Origin: Octopus vulgaris | Taxonomy: Eukaryota | Length of the DNA: 64,000 nucleotides | Reading direction: 5' to 3' | Assembly: GCA_951406725.2 (NCBI GenBank) | Contig: OX597818.1 | Coordinates: 37,758,001 to 37,822,000, forward strand | Shown: positions 1 through 12,961 of the stretch, piece by piece | Layout: each line of letters begins with the position of its first letter | How positions within the stretch are numbered: position 1 is the stretch's first letter | Notes under the pieces: generated by a model | What the model was told of the DNA's origin: nothing | Database searches by the model: none | What the model saw: the letters and a program-made list of their open reading frames with translations, nothing else | Translations under genes and position numbers: made by a program

Positions 1-97
1 CACCTCTCTCTCTCTCTCTGCGGTCAATCAAATAACTTAGAAGCTTCTTGAGGGATCCACCCTTCAAAAGCAAGTAACAAGATACTCATATACAGTT

Positions 98-770
98 AAT
101 TTCTTTATTAACCATGAGGTTGAGAAAAAGAGGGAACGATACGAGGACAGACAAAACAAACATTGGGGTCAGGGTATCGAATGAGACGAAACATGAATAA
201 ACAAACAATTAAAATATATACAATTAAATGAGAATGAGTGATTTACAAAAAATGAAGCGGTCGACCCTCAAAACCACATACTCACACTGAAGACTTTGCT
301 TTCTCCTTTTTATATTCTCGTTTAAACAGGTTCTTTCACTCGCAACATACTTGCTATAGACTTCCATCTTTTACGAAACACACTTTGTGACAGGCTTTTC
401 TTGTCCAGCCTTATTTTCCGTTTCATGTGGAAAACTAAAAAGTCGATTAGCTCGAGACTGGAGATGAACATGCCTGTTGCAATTCCTTTCACTCTCGTCT
501 TCCATACTACTTCTTTCACCACAGCAACTACCGAGAGAAAACAGGTTCGCTCCTCCCTATTCAGGGAGGTCGGCGGAACGATCTTAATTACAGATTCGCT
601 CGACAGTTGTACTCTTCTCGAATGCGACAGCGGGTGTTCGACATAAGCCCAGAGCTCAGTCACTTTGGGGACATTGCACAATCACGTGCAGGATAGTTTC
701 ACTTTGCTGCTCGCATCTTACACAAACCGGTGAAGGCGCACACCCATGTCTAAAGAGCTTACAGTCAGAG
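98..770 (-). mobile_element. 5'-truncated Tx1/L1-group LINE, ORF2 C-terminus plus 3' UTR
   Basis: Minus strand reads KLFRHGCAPSPVCVRCEQQSETILHVIVQCP (CCHC zinc knuckle), then frameshifts into ORF 322..681. The 3' UTR ends in ...gtctgtcct...aataaagaaat. Confidence 0.8.
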
Positions 771-1174
771 TCGCATATATGTGTACGTAGATTATGTAAA
801 ATAGCAGCAGGAGAGAGTTCAGTAAGTTTGATTGAAACAGATATCTTTCCACAGTATGAAGACTGCGGGATGAATGGTAGAAATACTGGAAATCGATAAT
901 GTATCTTTTGCTAAGTCATCATCACTATTGCTAGCAAATATATGTCCCTTACTTCATATTATTATTGTACGAATTACATCATTTGGTGCCAAATAATAAG
1001 TGTTGAAGAAATTCTTGCCTTTTAGTACGTAAACGTCTAAAGAGACGTGCAACATATGCGCTGGTACTATCAGACACATATGGTATGTGTGTGATTATAC
1101 GAGAACATGTTATATATGTATGTGTGTATGTGTATGTATGTATGTATGTATATATATATATATATATACATATG

Positions 1175-1205
<31 letters not shown>

Positions 1206-1470
1206 ATTAATATATATACATACGTGTATGCGTGTATGTATGTATATATATATATATCAATTCAATGATATGTATTTAATTTATATATACATACATATGA
1301 TATATATTTAATTAATATATATATATGCATATGTATATATGTGTGAGCGTGTCCATATATATACATACGTGTATATGTGTGTGTGTGTATATATATATGT
1401 ATGTATATATATATCAATTTAATGATATATATTTGATTGATATATATATATACATATGATATATATTTAA

Positions 1471-1508
<38 letters not shown>

Positions 1509-1514
1509 CATACA

Positions 1515-2023
1515 TGCAGAATTCTACTTTAAACACCCCATATAACCTCTGATAATTTTTTAATTATTTTTGGGAATTCCCATAAAATTTTTGCGTCTTT
1601 GTGCTCTACACATGGTAGTTCATACAGTTATGAAAAAATAAGCTTTGATGTATGATTTAAGTGCGACTTTTAGCACATCTCTCGACCACCTCAAACCTTC
1701 ATCTTTTCTTTGTCAATTTGACATGTATTGATGTTTTTCTATATTTTACTCCCCATCAACACATTTAATGGAATGATGATGCACCCTGGGTGGATTTAAG
1801 CAAAAATTCAGACTGTCTGTATTTTTAACTCAGATTTTTTTTAAAATCGAAAAAGAATGAAACTGTTATCAGGGCGAGAGGGATTTTAAAAATTTAAGAG
1901 AAAAAATTTTTTTTTTCCATAATCGTGGGAATTACACAAATTCGCAAAAACTTTCTAAAAATTCCCCAAAGTAAGAAAAACGTTATGAGGAGTTATATGG
2001 GGTGTTTAAACCAGAATTCCGCC
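1515..2023. mobile_element. MITE-like element with ~30-bp terminal inverted repeats
   Basis: cagaattctactttaaacaccccatataac (left) vs gttatatggggtgtttaaaccagaattccgcc (right); non-coding interior; flanked by TA-rich microsatellite. Confidence 0.65.
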
Positions 2024-2076
<53 letters not shown>

Positions 2077-2145
2077 GTGTGTTGAAAAGTTTCTGGAAAA
2101 AATACTTGATGCAGCCACAGTATTTGAAGAAAGATTTTCTTAAAA

Positions 2146-2281
2146 GGCGCAGGCGTGGCTGTGTGATAAGAAACTTGCTTCACAACCACATGGTTCCGGG
2201 TTCAGTTACTCTGCGTGACGCCTTGGGCCGACCAAAGCCTTGTGAGTGGATTTAGTAGACGGAAACTGAAAGAAGCCCGTC

Positions 2282-2282
<1 letters not shown>
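2146..2282 (+). mobile_element. tRNA-derived SINE family A, 5' half
   Basis: Matches the 5' half of copies at 16092, 48961, 50743 and 54870 (ggcgcagg.gtggctgtgtg...ggttccgggttcagt...gacggaaactgaaagaagcccgtcg). Confidence 0.8.
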
Positions 2283-2322
<40 letters not shown>

Positions 2323-2403
2323 TATATTATATATATATATGTATATATGTGTATGTATGTATGTATTTGTGTGTGTGTGTGTGTGTTTGTTATTAGAACC
2401 CCT

Positions 2404-2524
2404 TGACTCAAGTTAGAGAAGGGGTGCGTATTATAAACAAGGTTTAAGTTTTTCAGCGGTACATCCCTCTAAAAATCCCCTGCGTATTATACTCAAGGGC
2501 GGACTATACTCGAGGATTTACGGT
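2404..2524 (+). mobile_element. Right-end fragment of the pogo/Tc2-like MITE seen whole at 29481-30000
   Basis: Near-identical to 29882-30000; ends in ctcgaggatttacgg followed by TA. Confidence 0.8.
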
Positions 2525-3173
2525 ACGTATTTCATGTATCTTGAAAGTCTTCCTATTTTATGTAGAAAAAAATAATAGCTTTCGTTCTTTTGCTAAAAAC
2601 ATAACAAAAGATCGACAGAAGTAAGCCAAAGGAGAAAACGCACACACTTGTTAAAATTAAGTTAAGGTGGAACATCTATAGAAGACGGGTAACAATGAAT
2701 AGCCGAGAAAGCTGACAAATTAGGTCCAGAGTAACAGCAGATGAATCAGAGGACGACAAAGGAGAAGGTTAAAACAGACGATCGGCACCAAAACCCAAAA
2801 GTTACAGAGATAAGGGAGAAAGCTTTACTTGGTAATGAGAGAGTATTGACAGATTTGATTGAATTCCTATATCATAAAAAAACGTTGTAGAGAACTGAAA
2901 ATAACGTACTGTGCTGGTATTGATTATTGAATAGCAAAAATATTTTTGGTGTTTTTCAGTGCAATTTCACAGTGCAGTTATGTAACTAAATAACTGCACT
3001 GTAATTTTGAGTAGAATTGTTAACAGTTCTTTTTTTTTTTCACGTCCCGAGCTCCACCCTGCCTTCTGTCATCATTGTGCTCCTCCTCCTCCACCTCCTG
3101 ATTGAATTATTGAATTCACTATTACGTTCTTCTATCTCTTTCTCCTCTTCTCTCTGTATTCATACGCATACAT

Positions 3174-3253
<80 letters not shown>

Positions 3254-3312
3254 TCAGGGTGAATACTTGATAACTGTAAGCACCTGTATATGCCAGTTAG
3301 TGGTGTAGCTTT

Positions 3313-3359
<47 letters not shown>

Positions 3360-3360
<1 letters not shown>

Positions 3361-4155
3361 TGGGTATGGTAGATGAGTTCAGCAAAAATTTAGATTCAGA
3401 TGAATATGGTACTTAAGTTGAGGCACTAGAATTTGGTATGGTATTATCCATACAATTTCAAAGTAAGGTGATTAAAATCAAAATAAGCAACAAGGATATC
3501 CAGAGGTAATACAGTACGATCGTTTGAATAACTTAAACTTTAACTGTATACAATATAGCTACATTGTTTAAGATATTTTAACTATAGTACCACATCATAA
3601 GACTACCTCTGTTTCATTATCAATAGTCTTCTAGTGGGTGACCCCCTTAATTATCAGCTAGCATCTTGTTTTAAGGTTTCCCTTACTAAACCTCATGATA
3701 TTGCTTATAATACATCTTTATTTTTTATGACTATACCATCTAGAATGTCTATCTACTCCCTCAGCCCTACCTCTAACAGATACTGTCCTCTATTTTCTCA
3801 GCCTTAGATATACCAGGGATTTGATAAACTAGTCTATAAATTAAAACTGACCCCATAAAGACAAAAAATCAGTGACAAGCAGAGCCTTCTTGATAATTTT
3901 AGTAACTTCTATGCTGAAGGAGAGACAACATGTTCTTTGCCTATCTCCTTAACGTCTTGGAGATTTTAGATATAATTAAACTAATGTGTCCATCTGTTCT
4001 AATTTAATTTAATTAAATTCTATGTCTTTGTGCAGCTGAAGATTGCTCTACATTTTAAATTGATGTAATGATTGCATTGTTCAATTAAATGGAATTGCAT
4101 GAAACGATCGTACTGCATTACCACTGAATATCATTATTGTTTATTTTGATTATAT
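3360..4155. mobile_element. Penelope-like remnant with inverted partial terminal repeat, between (TA)n tracts
   Basis: 3475-3525 is the reverse complement of 4100-4152 (aaacgatcgtactg.attacc.ctg.atatc); carries the hammerhead at 4030-4118. Confidence 0.55.
4030..4118 (+). ncRNA. Type I minimal hammerhead ribozyme
   Basis: gtgcag-CTGAAGA-[long stem II]-GAAAC-gatc-GTA-ctgcat: conserved core, palindromic loop III, stem I tgcag/ctgca. Confidence 0.7.
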
Positions 4156-4159
4156 ATAT

Positions 4160-4685
4160 AACTTTGCCAAGGAAACAGCTTCAGTACGCCACAAGAGAGA
4201 ACCCCTCTACCAAAAAGATGGCTCCCTCACAGGAAACCCAATGAGGATAAGTGAAATACTGAAGATGTAATCATAGATGAGGTTGACACAAACTCAGCTG
4301 CTGGTCCTGATGAATTCCCAGCAGTATTTCACAAATCGTGCAAACGAGCCCTTGCAGAACGATTGCAACTCCTATTCAGGGTTTTCTTGCTAGTGGTAGG
4401 CTCCCAGACAAACTGAAGGAAGGAATAATATGCCTTATCCATAAGGGAAGAAACGGAGCAGATGCTAAAAATTATATGCCTATCTCTCTGACCTCACACA
4501 TGGAACGAATAATCCGCAAGAAATTAATTGCGTTCCCTGAAGAAAATGACTTCTTGTCTGACACGCAACATGGATTTCGACCAGGTAGAAGCTGCCTAAC
4601 ACAGCTATTGCAACACTACGACTGGGTGTTAAAACAGCTGTTAAATGACATAAGTGTGGATGTGATATATCTCGACTTTGGTGCA
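4160..4685 (+). mobile_element. CR1-group LINE reverse transcriptase fragment (degenerate)
   Basis: AAGPD...KNYMPISLTS...QHGFRPGRSCLTQLL...VDVIYLDF are typical CR1-group RT N-terminal motifs. Confidence 0.85.
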
Positions 4686-4929
4686 GATCAACAAAATTTG
4701 GTGAATGGTTGAGAGCTTATAAGTATAGATGTTCCCGAGACATGCATAGGAAGCCAACCCATCGCATATCAAAGGTGTTTCATGAAAGTTTGATTTCTAT
4801 TGCAATGTACTTCAATTTTTTAGACGATTTGCTTTCAGTTTACCGTCGTATTTTGCGACGGGAAACTGCATGCCAATCGGCAATAAATGCATCTTGTACA
4901 GTTATTTTAATCTTTGACTCCGACTTAAA

Positions 4930-5392
4930 TATTGGTTTCAAATTTTGGCACAAGGCCAGCGATTTTGGAGGAAGGGCAAGTCGATTACATCGACCCATGT
5001 GCTTGACTGGTATTTATTTTATAAATAAATACCAGTCAAGCACAGGGACGAGCTGGCAGAAACGTTAGCACGCCGGGTGAAATGCGTAGCCGTATTTCGT
5101 CTGCCGCTACGTTCTGAGTTCAAATTCCGCCGAGGTCGACTTTGCCTTTCATCCTTTCGGGGTCGATAAATTAAGTACCAGTTACGCACTGGGGTCGATA
5201 TAATCGACTTAATTCTTATGTCTGTCCTTGTTTGTCCCCTCTATGTTTAGCCCCTGGTGGGTAATAAAGAAATAGGTATTTATTTTATAAACCCCCAGAA
5301 GGGTGAAAGGCAAAGTCGACCTCAGCAGAACTTGAGCTCAGAACGTAAAGAAGCATTTTGACCAGCACAGTAACGATTCTGCCAGCTCTGCC
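4930..5392. mobile_element. Cluster of SINE family B copies (full + copy at ~5046-5280, flanking - fragments)
   Basis: gcgagctggcagaaacgttagc...gagttcaaattcc (A/B-box-like)...gcctttcatcctttcggggtcgataaattaagtaccag...aataaagaaata. Confidence 0.85.
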
Positions 5393-6574
5393 TACAAAAT
5401 TCACATACGGGACTTTAGTAGAAGACCCTTGCCCAAGATGCTGCACAGTGACATTGAACCCAAAAACATGCAGTTTCAAAGCTAGAAACGTTTAACTATA
5501 TATACATTTAGCTACGCATTTACTCCTACACACATTTACTCCCCTACACATGCACCTCACTTGTTAACAGGACACACATATAAACACATAATTCAATTTC
5601 CTTTTGTGAATAATTTATAGCTGAAGAAAATAGTGAGATTTATTGATTAAGAACATTTTTAAGGTGCAATTAATTCTTTGATTATCAAAAGATGGAAATA
5701 AACTATACTCGCAACAAACAGAGAGTGAGGGCTGTGACTTGGAATGTCATAACTTTGATCATTTATTATCTCAGCATCTCAACGACCATGTCCGTTCAAT
5801 TACATTTTTTATGGTTCAGGGCAAACTAAGAATTTTGCTTTTGTCTTCAATTTGTTTACTACCTTATTTATAAACTGTGTATTCAGATAGGTTGTGGTTG
5901 TTGCTGTCATTCTCATCGTCATCGTTGTTATTGCTTTTTTATGGTGTTGGTGGTGGTAGTGGTGGTTGTGGTGGTGGTGGTGGTCGTCGTCGTCGTGATG
6001 GTCGTCGTGGTGACGGTCGTCGTGATAATAGCCGTCGCCGTTGCTGTGCTGCCGGTTTAAACCCAGATCGAGTCGATAAAACTATTATGAAAATTCCGCA
6101 TGCATAAGGTTATCTAAAACTACATCATTTCTAATGTCTTCACTTTATTTTTAAGGTTCTGATGTGTGATTTTGGAGATGATTTAGCTGCTCTTTCTTGC
6201 TAGTCGAGCAACCACGCATGACCTTCTCATAAATTCGTGTATCGAGCAATGAAAATTCAGGATATGTTACTGATTTAAACTTCCCAACAACTCTTAACTG
6301 TTTAACATTTCCCGTCCTATTTATAAACAGTCGGTCAGCATTTTAAATATATCTCAGTTTATTATAAAGGTTACGCTAGCTCATAACGATCTCGCTAGCG
6401 CCAACATGTTATCTTCAAGGTAACGGATTTGACATCGGCATTCGGTTTTCGCTTCTGGTGATTGATGCATGTTCTCACTCACTCTCTCTCCCTCGGTCTC
6501 TCTCTCTTTCTGCGTGTGTGCGTGCGCGCGTATGTGTGTGTACTCGCGGCCGTGTGTGTTTTTGTATATACATA

Positions 6575-6640
<66 letters not shown>

Positions 6641-6714
6641 CGCATATACTTACAATAATACATATGTACATACGTACAAACAGACACATACATGCATATG
6701 TATGTACCTATGTA

Positions 6715-7100
6715 TCTTCCTATGATGCTGACATGCAGTGTCTGTGCAAGACCCTGCCTCAGTAAAGCTGGACTCAAGAGTCATCTTCGTAGTCATAAAG
6801 CGAGACAGGTGAGTGACAACCTGGCCACTGGTGGTGGTGTAACACACCATACTAGTCATATCTGTCAGGCACGTGGAAGAGAGTGTAATTCGGCAGGAGG
6901 ACTTAAACGACATGCAAAGGTACATGAAGCCCAGTTACAACTACAGCCGGCTATTATCGGTAAAGGTTTTAGTTGCCAATTCTGTACAAGACATTGTAGA
7001 TCTTTAGCTGGGCTAAAAAGTTACATTCGATCACAGCACCAGTAACAGTTAAGCTTCGTGCAATGGCCATACTCGATAACGAGGGGGCAGCCATAATAAT
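6715..7100 (+). mobile_element. RTE-type LINE 3' end encoding three C2H2-like zinc fingers
   Basis: ORF 6692..7045 has CSVC..LKSHLRSH, CQAR..LKRHAKVH and CQFC..LKSYIRSQH, followed by a short 3' UTR and an AAT/(TATG)n tail. RTE ORFs typically end in CxxC..S.xGLxSH. Confidence 0.6.
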
Positions 7101-7305
7101 GTATGTATGTATGTATGTATGTATGTATGTATGTATGTATGTATGTATGTATGTATGTATGTATGTATATATGTATGTATGTATGTATTATATATACATA
7201 CACTCACACACATACATACATACACATATATATACACGTATACTTACAATACATATGTACATACGTACAAACACAGACACATATATGCATATGTATGTAT
7301 GTATG

Positions 7306-7337
<32 letters not shown>

Positions 7338-8007
7338 TGTATGTATGTATGTATGTATGTATGTATGTATGTATGTGTGTGTGTGTGTGTGTGTGTATGA
7401 GTGTAGTGGGACGAAGAACAAAAAAAGAATTTTTTAAAGTAATAGATATTGTTTCGGCACTCAGGGAAATTGAAAGTGTAAATTACTATAACATTACGGA
7501 TATCCTCTTTCATCGGTGAAAAAGATGAAAGAAGACAAGTAAAACTGGAAAAAGAAGGAAGAATTAAAAAGTGCAATACGCCGAAAAAATATTCCTAGAT
7601 TTGGTTTATGCAGTTACAGTTGACTGCCCGAAAACTGGATGGTGAATTAAATGCATTGTTTTAAGACGGAAGAGCGAATGTAAAGGCAGGTGTGCCTCTG
7701 TGTGCACGCTGGGGTTTGCGTATACGTGTCTATGTATGTGAGTGAAGGATCTGGTAAAGTAATTCCTGTATATTGTTCTTTGTGCATTGTGTTTGTGTGT
7801 GCGTGAATAACTACATGTGTGTGTTATATATCATATGCTCATCTGTATACGTGGATACCGTCCTACACATGCACACACTACACCGCCTTCTCTTCTGTTC
7901 TAATACCTCCATAAATTTGTGTTCTCACTTAGTTCCTAACCCCTTTCTCCTTTTCGTTTCCATTCTCATTTTCTCTTTATATTTTTTCAACCAACTTTCG
8001 CTTAATT

Positions 8008-8041
8008 TGTCTGACAGAGGTCTAGAGTCCGAAACGTCAAG
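8008..8041 (+). ncRNA. Degenerate minimal hammerhead motif in Penelope-like remnant (~7870-8130)
   Basis: CTGAC(A)GA-gg.ct..agtcc-GAAACGTC-aa; one extra nucleotide in the core. Confidence 0.4.
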
Positions 8042-8297
8042 ATTCATTTTCTTTCTTTTTTTAAGGTATAAACTAATATAACAGTTGTTAAAACATGTCC
8101 TACTACGTTGTCTTCTTTTTTTGTTCATTGCTTCATATGTCATAAATATATCATATATATATATAATTATACACACACACACACTCTCTCCCCACCACAC
8201 ATTTATATATTATGCATGTATATATCATTATATATATATATATATATATATATATCATTATATATATATATATCATTATATATATATATATAGCATT

Positions 8298-8376
<79 letters not shown>

Positions 8377-8513
8377 TGTATGTATGTATCCCACACACAT
8401 ACACACACACTCGCGCGTGCACAAACGTACAAAAACACGCTCGCGCATGCACGCACAAACACATATGGAGGATCTATGTATATGCACTTTTGAAAACGAG
8501 CTGTTATTTCTAG

Positions 8514-8623
8514 CACGTTTCGAGTGGACACGCAGTGTTAACGATAGTATAGCTGGTATTGGCATTGGCTTTAAGATGGATCGAATGGAGTTCATTGCTG
8601 AGTATAACAGTATTGTAGCTTGA
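8514..8623 (+). CDS. Possible terminal coding exon of an unidentified gene
   Basis: Acceptor-like ttatttctag, then non-repetitive open frame (A)[35 protein letters not shown]. No homology recognised. Confidence 0.3.
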
Positions 8624-8830
8624 TGTATTCAAATATAAATCTTGCAACGTGTGATTACCGTTAATTATTCATAATATTAATGAATAGACAATCTAGAAAC
8701 AACTTGAATCTTCGACAGATATGGTAATGGAAATCAATACGAGGCAAAACGAATCAGGGCTTGTGTTTCTATTGTATAATTATATATTCACAATGGAAAG
8801 TCAAACAAATGCATTTTCAAGAAACGAATT

Positions 8831-9206
8831 GTATGTATGTATGTATGTATGTATGTATGTATGTATGTATGTATGTATGTATGTATGTATGTATGTATGT
8901 ATGTATGTATGTATGTATGTTTGTTTGTATGTATGTATGTGTATGTGTTTGTATGTATGTATGTATGTATGTATGTATGTTTGCATGTATGTATGTGTGT
9001 GTGTGTATGTATGTATGTATGTATGTATGTATGTATGTATGTATGCATGTATGTATGTTTGTACGTATGTATGTATGTATGTGTTATGTATGTATGTTTG
9101 TATGTATGTATGTGTTATGTATGTATGTTTGTACGTATGTATGTATGTGTTATGTATGTATGTTTGTATGTTTGTATGTATGTATGTTTGCATGTATGTA
9201 TGTATG

Positions 9207-9240
<34 letters not shown>

Positions 9241-9396
9241 TGTATGTGTGTGTGTGTATGTATGTATGTATGTATGTATGTATGTATGTATGTATGTATG
9301 TATGTATGCATATTTGTATGTATGTATGTATGTATGTATGTATGTATGTATGTATGTTTGTATGTATGTATGTATGTATGCTTGTATGTATGTATG

Positions 9397-9430
<34 letters not shown>

Positions 9431-9463
9431 TGTATGTATGTATGTATGTATGTATGTATGTAT
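8831..9463. repeat. ~630-bp imperfect (TATG)n microsatellite
   Basis: Direct reading; source of the MYVC/HTYI ORFs. Confidence 0.95.
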
Positions 9464-9993
9464 GTCTCTTCTATCCTTTAATTATTATAAATCTTCCACT
9501 GAGGAGGGAGCCGGTTTCCAACAAAGATACAAGGCTCCATCCTTTTACTGTTCCACTCACAGATTTGCACTTGTAATGCATGAATTAGCCGGTCGATTTC
9601 TCTTTCTGAAAATCTCAGTTTACCCAGATTCTCCCTTAAGCATTTACTAACAAAACCTAGTGTTCCAATTATTATTGTTATGAATATGAATTCATAGCCT
9701 GGATATACAAGTAGTATGTGTGTATATATGTTCGTTTGTATGTAAACATGTATTTATATGTGTTTTTATGTATGTAATCTGCGCGTATTTTTGGTGTATA
9801 TCAGGAGTGTGTGTTCAGTTGTAATTTCCTGTTTATAAAACTAGTTGAACCAGAAAACTTAATTTTAATAAATAATATTTCCAATCACAAATATTTATTT
9901 ATTAAACTTATGGTTTTACAAGTTTAGTCTTGTTTCCCTTTCTTTATAATTCGTCAGGGGAAGTCGGGATATAAATAAATGTGTGTGTGTGTA

Positions 9994-10046
<53 letters not shown>

Positions 10047-10061
10047 ATATATGTATATATA

Positions 10062-11171
10062 TCTAATACAATAAATGCAAAAATTAATTTTTGTGTGTCA
10101 GTGTATCACACTCAGACCCTCTATCCCCCTATTCAATGACGCTCCTACTATTCCTTAGGATGGGGTGAGAATAATAGCAGGCATAGAGAGGGTGAGTGCG
10201 GTGGCGAAGACAAATAGACACACGGAGACGGAGAGAAAGAAAAAGAAAAGGGAGGGAAAGAAAGACAAATAATTTTAAGGAGAGCTGCTGATGTTTTACT
10301 AAAAGTTTCCCCAAAATTAACATTGTGAATGTCAAGGTGTCAGACTTTTTCAACTTTAATAGATCCTTTCTGCTGGAAGCACAAAACCTCAAATTTTGAG
10401 GGAAGGGATTAAATTGATTACATCGACACCAGTACGTAGCTAGTGCTAATTTTATCGACCCCAAAAGGATGAAAGGCAAAGTCGACCTCGGCAGAATTCG
10501 AACTCAAAACCTAACGGCATATGATACTGCTAAGCATTTCGCCCGACGTGCTAACGATTCTGCCAGCTCGCCGCCTTAATATAATATAATAATATAATGT
10601 GAAGGTCAGTGTGTCACACTTTTTCAACTGTACTCCTAGAACCTGTAGTCCAACGTATCATACCATTTTGGAATCAGGCTGACTCTGTGAGTAAATTAGG
10701 AACATTCCGGGCCGATTCCGGACCCACAATTCTGGACTCCCAAGTTTTCCTTACTGTATGTTTTCGGCAATTTTTTTTTTTTTACGTGACTTTTTGCAAC
10801 AAATGTTTTTGTATGATAACAATTTTTGTAAACTAAAGGCTAACTCCGTGAGTAAATTAAAAATATTCCGGGCTGAATCCGGACCTGAAATTCTAAACTT
10901 TTGGATTCCTCTGTTTTCATTACTGCAATAGTTTTCGGCGATTTTTTTTTTTTTTATGAATTTTTGCGACGAATATAATCATCATTGGGATATAACTCTG
11001 GAGGAAGCGATTACAACAAATTCTCCAAAACAAGTCAGAGATCTATTTGCAGATCTTTCCATTCAGGGTCAGTTGCTTAAAAGCTATATATTTAGCTCAA
11101 AAACCGCCCTATCGGCTAGCGCAGAAGAGACTTGTTAAAACGAATTTCCTTTCATGATAGGTTTCGGCTAG
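10062..11171 (+). mobile_element. Non-autonomous Helitron with RepHel remnant and nested SINE B (~10385-10577, -)
   Basis: A|TCTAATAC...GGCTAG|T termini. DEYNHHWDITLEEAITTNSPKQVRDLFA (10968-11051) resembles the Helitron Rep/helicase linker motif. Internal ~160-bp tandem duplication (10676-10970). Confidence 0.7.
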
Positions 11172-11517
11172 TATTGGCCTAGGCCATGTCTAACTTAATA
11201 GCACCACCTAGCGAAGTCATTCAAATCAGGATCCGGACACCATGGCCCACTCAAGTAGAGAGTTGTTGTTGACGGAGACACATCAGGGTGTAGGAGGTTT
11301 ATCCGGGATTTCTTGAAGAAGTTTATCTAAAGGCTTGCACATTATTTTGGCGTCATGTTAAAAAGAGCGCAGCAAATTGAAATGAAATAATTGTGTCTGT
11401 ATTGTTGTTATATACCAATATCAATAACAATGATACAGGTAATAATTTTTGTATAAAATATTTAAACTGAATTGAATTTATAATTGTTCAATTTATTGTT
11501 TTTTTTTACTATTTCTG

Positions 11518-11569
<52 letters not shown>

Positions 11570-11618
11570 GTATGTATGCATATCTATTTATCTCTCTTTT
11601 TTCATTTTTTCTTTTTCT

Positions 11619-11678
<60 letters not shown>

Positions 11679-11945
11679 AGACATATATTATTTGAACATG
11701 ACCGATCAAAGTTTTGCATAAATCACAACGCTAAGTTCATGCGTTGTATCATTCGATATTGAATGTTGATATTTGATGCTGTTTTTCCCCGTCATTAGTA
11801 AATTGCTTTCATCTTGCTGAAATGCCAATATTTATTATAGTCAAGGTCGTCTGTAGACGTATGAAACAGTGTTGATCAGTGAGTGAGTGCATCAATATTT
11901 TAAGAGTTGCTAGCAAACACAGATAAAAAATATTACACTAAATAT

Positions 11946-12270
11946 TGCACTCCGTCAGTTACGACGACGACAAGGGTTCCAGTTAATCCGATCAATAGAA
12001 CAGCCTGCTCGCGAAATTAACGTGCACGCGGCTGAGAATTTCATAGACCCGTATACACTTAACGTAGTTCTCAGGGAGATTCAACGCGACACAGAATGGG
12101 ACAAGGACTGGCCCTTTGAAATACATGTACTATTCATTTTTGCCAGCTGAGTGGACTGGAGAAACGTGAAATACAGTGTCTTGCTTAAGGACACAACATG
12201 CCACCGTGAATCGAACTCAGGGCCGTAAGGTCGTGGACCGAATACCCTAACCACTAAGCTTCGCGCCTAC
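11946..12270 (-). mobile_element. tRNA-derived SINE family C (older subfamily)
   Basis: Homologous to 18729-19054; target-site duplication (TSD) acactaaatat. Confidence 0.85.
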
Positions 12271-12311
12271 ACACTAAATATATTTAAGATATTAATGTAT
12301 TTTCCATTAAA

Positions 12312-12710
12312 GGCAGCGAGCTGGCAGAAACGTTAGCACGCCAGGCGAAATGCTTAGCAGTATTTCGTCTGCCGTTACGTTCTGAGTTCAAATTCCGCAG
12401 AGGTCGACTTTGCCTTTCATCCTTTCGGGGTCGATTAAATAAGTACCATTTACGCACTGGGGTCGATATAATCGACTTAATTCGTTTGTCTGTCCTTGTT
12501 TGTCCTCTCTGTGTTTAGCCCCTTGTGGGTAGTAAAGAAATAGATATTTCGTCTGCCGTTACGTTCTGAGTTCAAATTCCTCCCAGGTCGACTTTGCATT
12601 TCATCCTTTCGGGGTCATTAAATTAAGTACCAGTTGCGTACTGGGCTTTATCTACTCGACCGCCCCCCTCCTCCCAAAATTTCGGGCCTTGTGCCTAGAG
12701 TAGTAAATAA
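12312..12710 (+). mobile_element. SINE family B, dimeric form
   Basis: Full unit then partial second unit from atatttcgtctgcc; TSD tattttccattaaa. Confidence 0.85.
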
Positions 12711-12961
12711 TATATTTTCCATTAAACGTATGACTTATAAACACCGTGGTATGTATTTAAACTTGGAGAATATTTGTGCCAGCTTACAATCATGATGTGT
12801 GAAATAACTAGGATTCGAACTTAAAACTGCTATGGACAAAAATTACTGTATTTTAGCATATATTTAGTTCCAAAATTTACCATCTCCACCATTACTGCTC
12901 TCCTATATAATACAGTAAACGAAAGAGCCTCTACATGGTTACGCAATCTACTAGGAATATA

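Noticed and set aside
8721-9650. Long ORFs (309, 271 and 214 aa) of MYVC repeats
   Set aside because: Translations of the stop-free (TATG)n microsatellite. The same applies to the YI, CV, HT and LSIY ORFs throughout the window.
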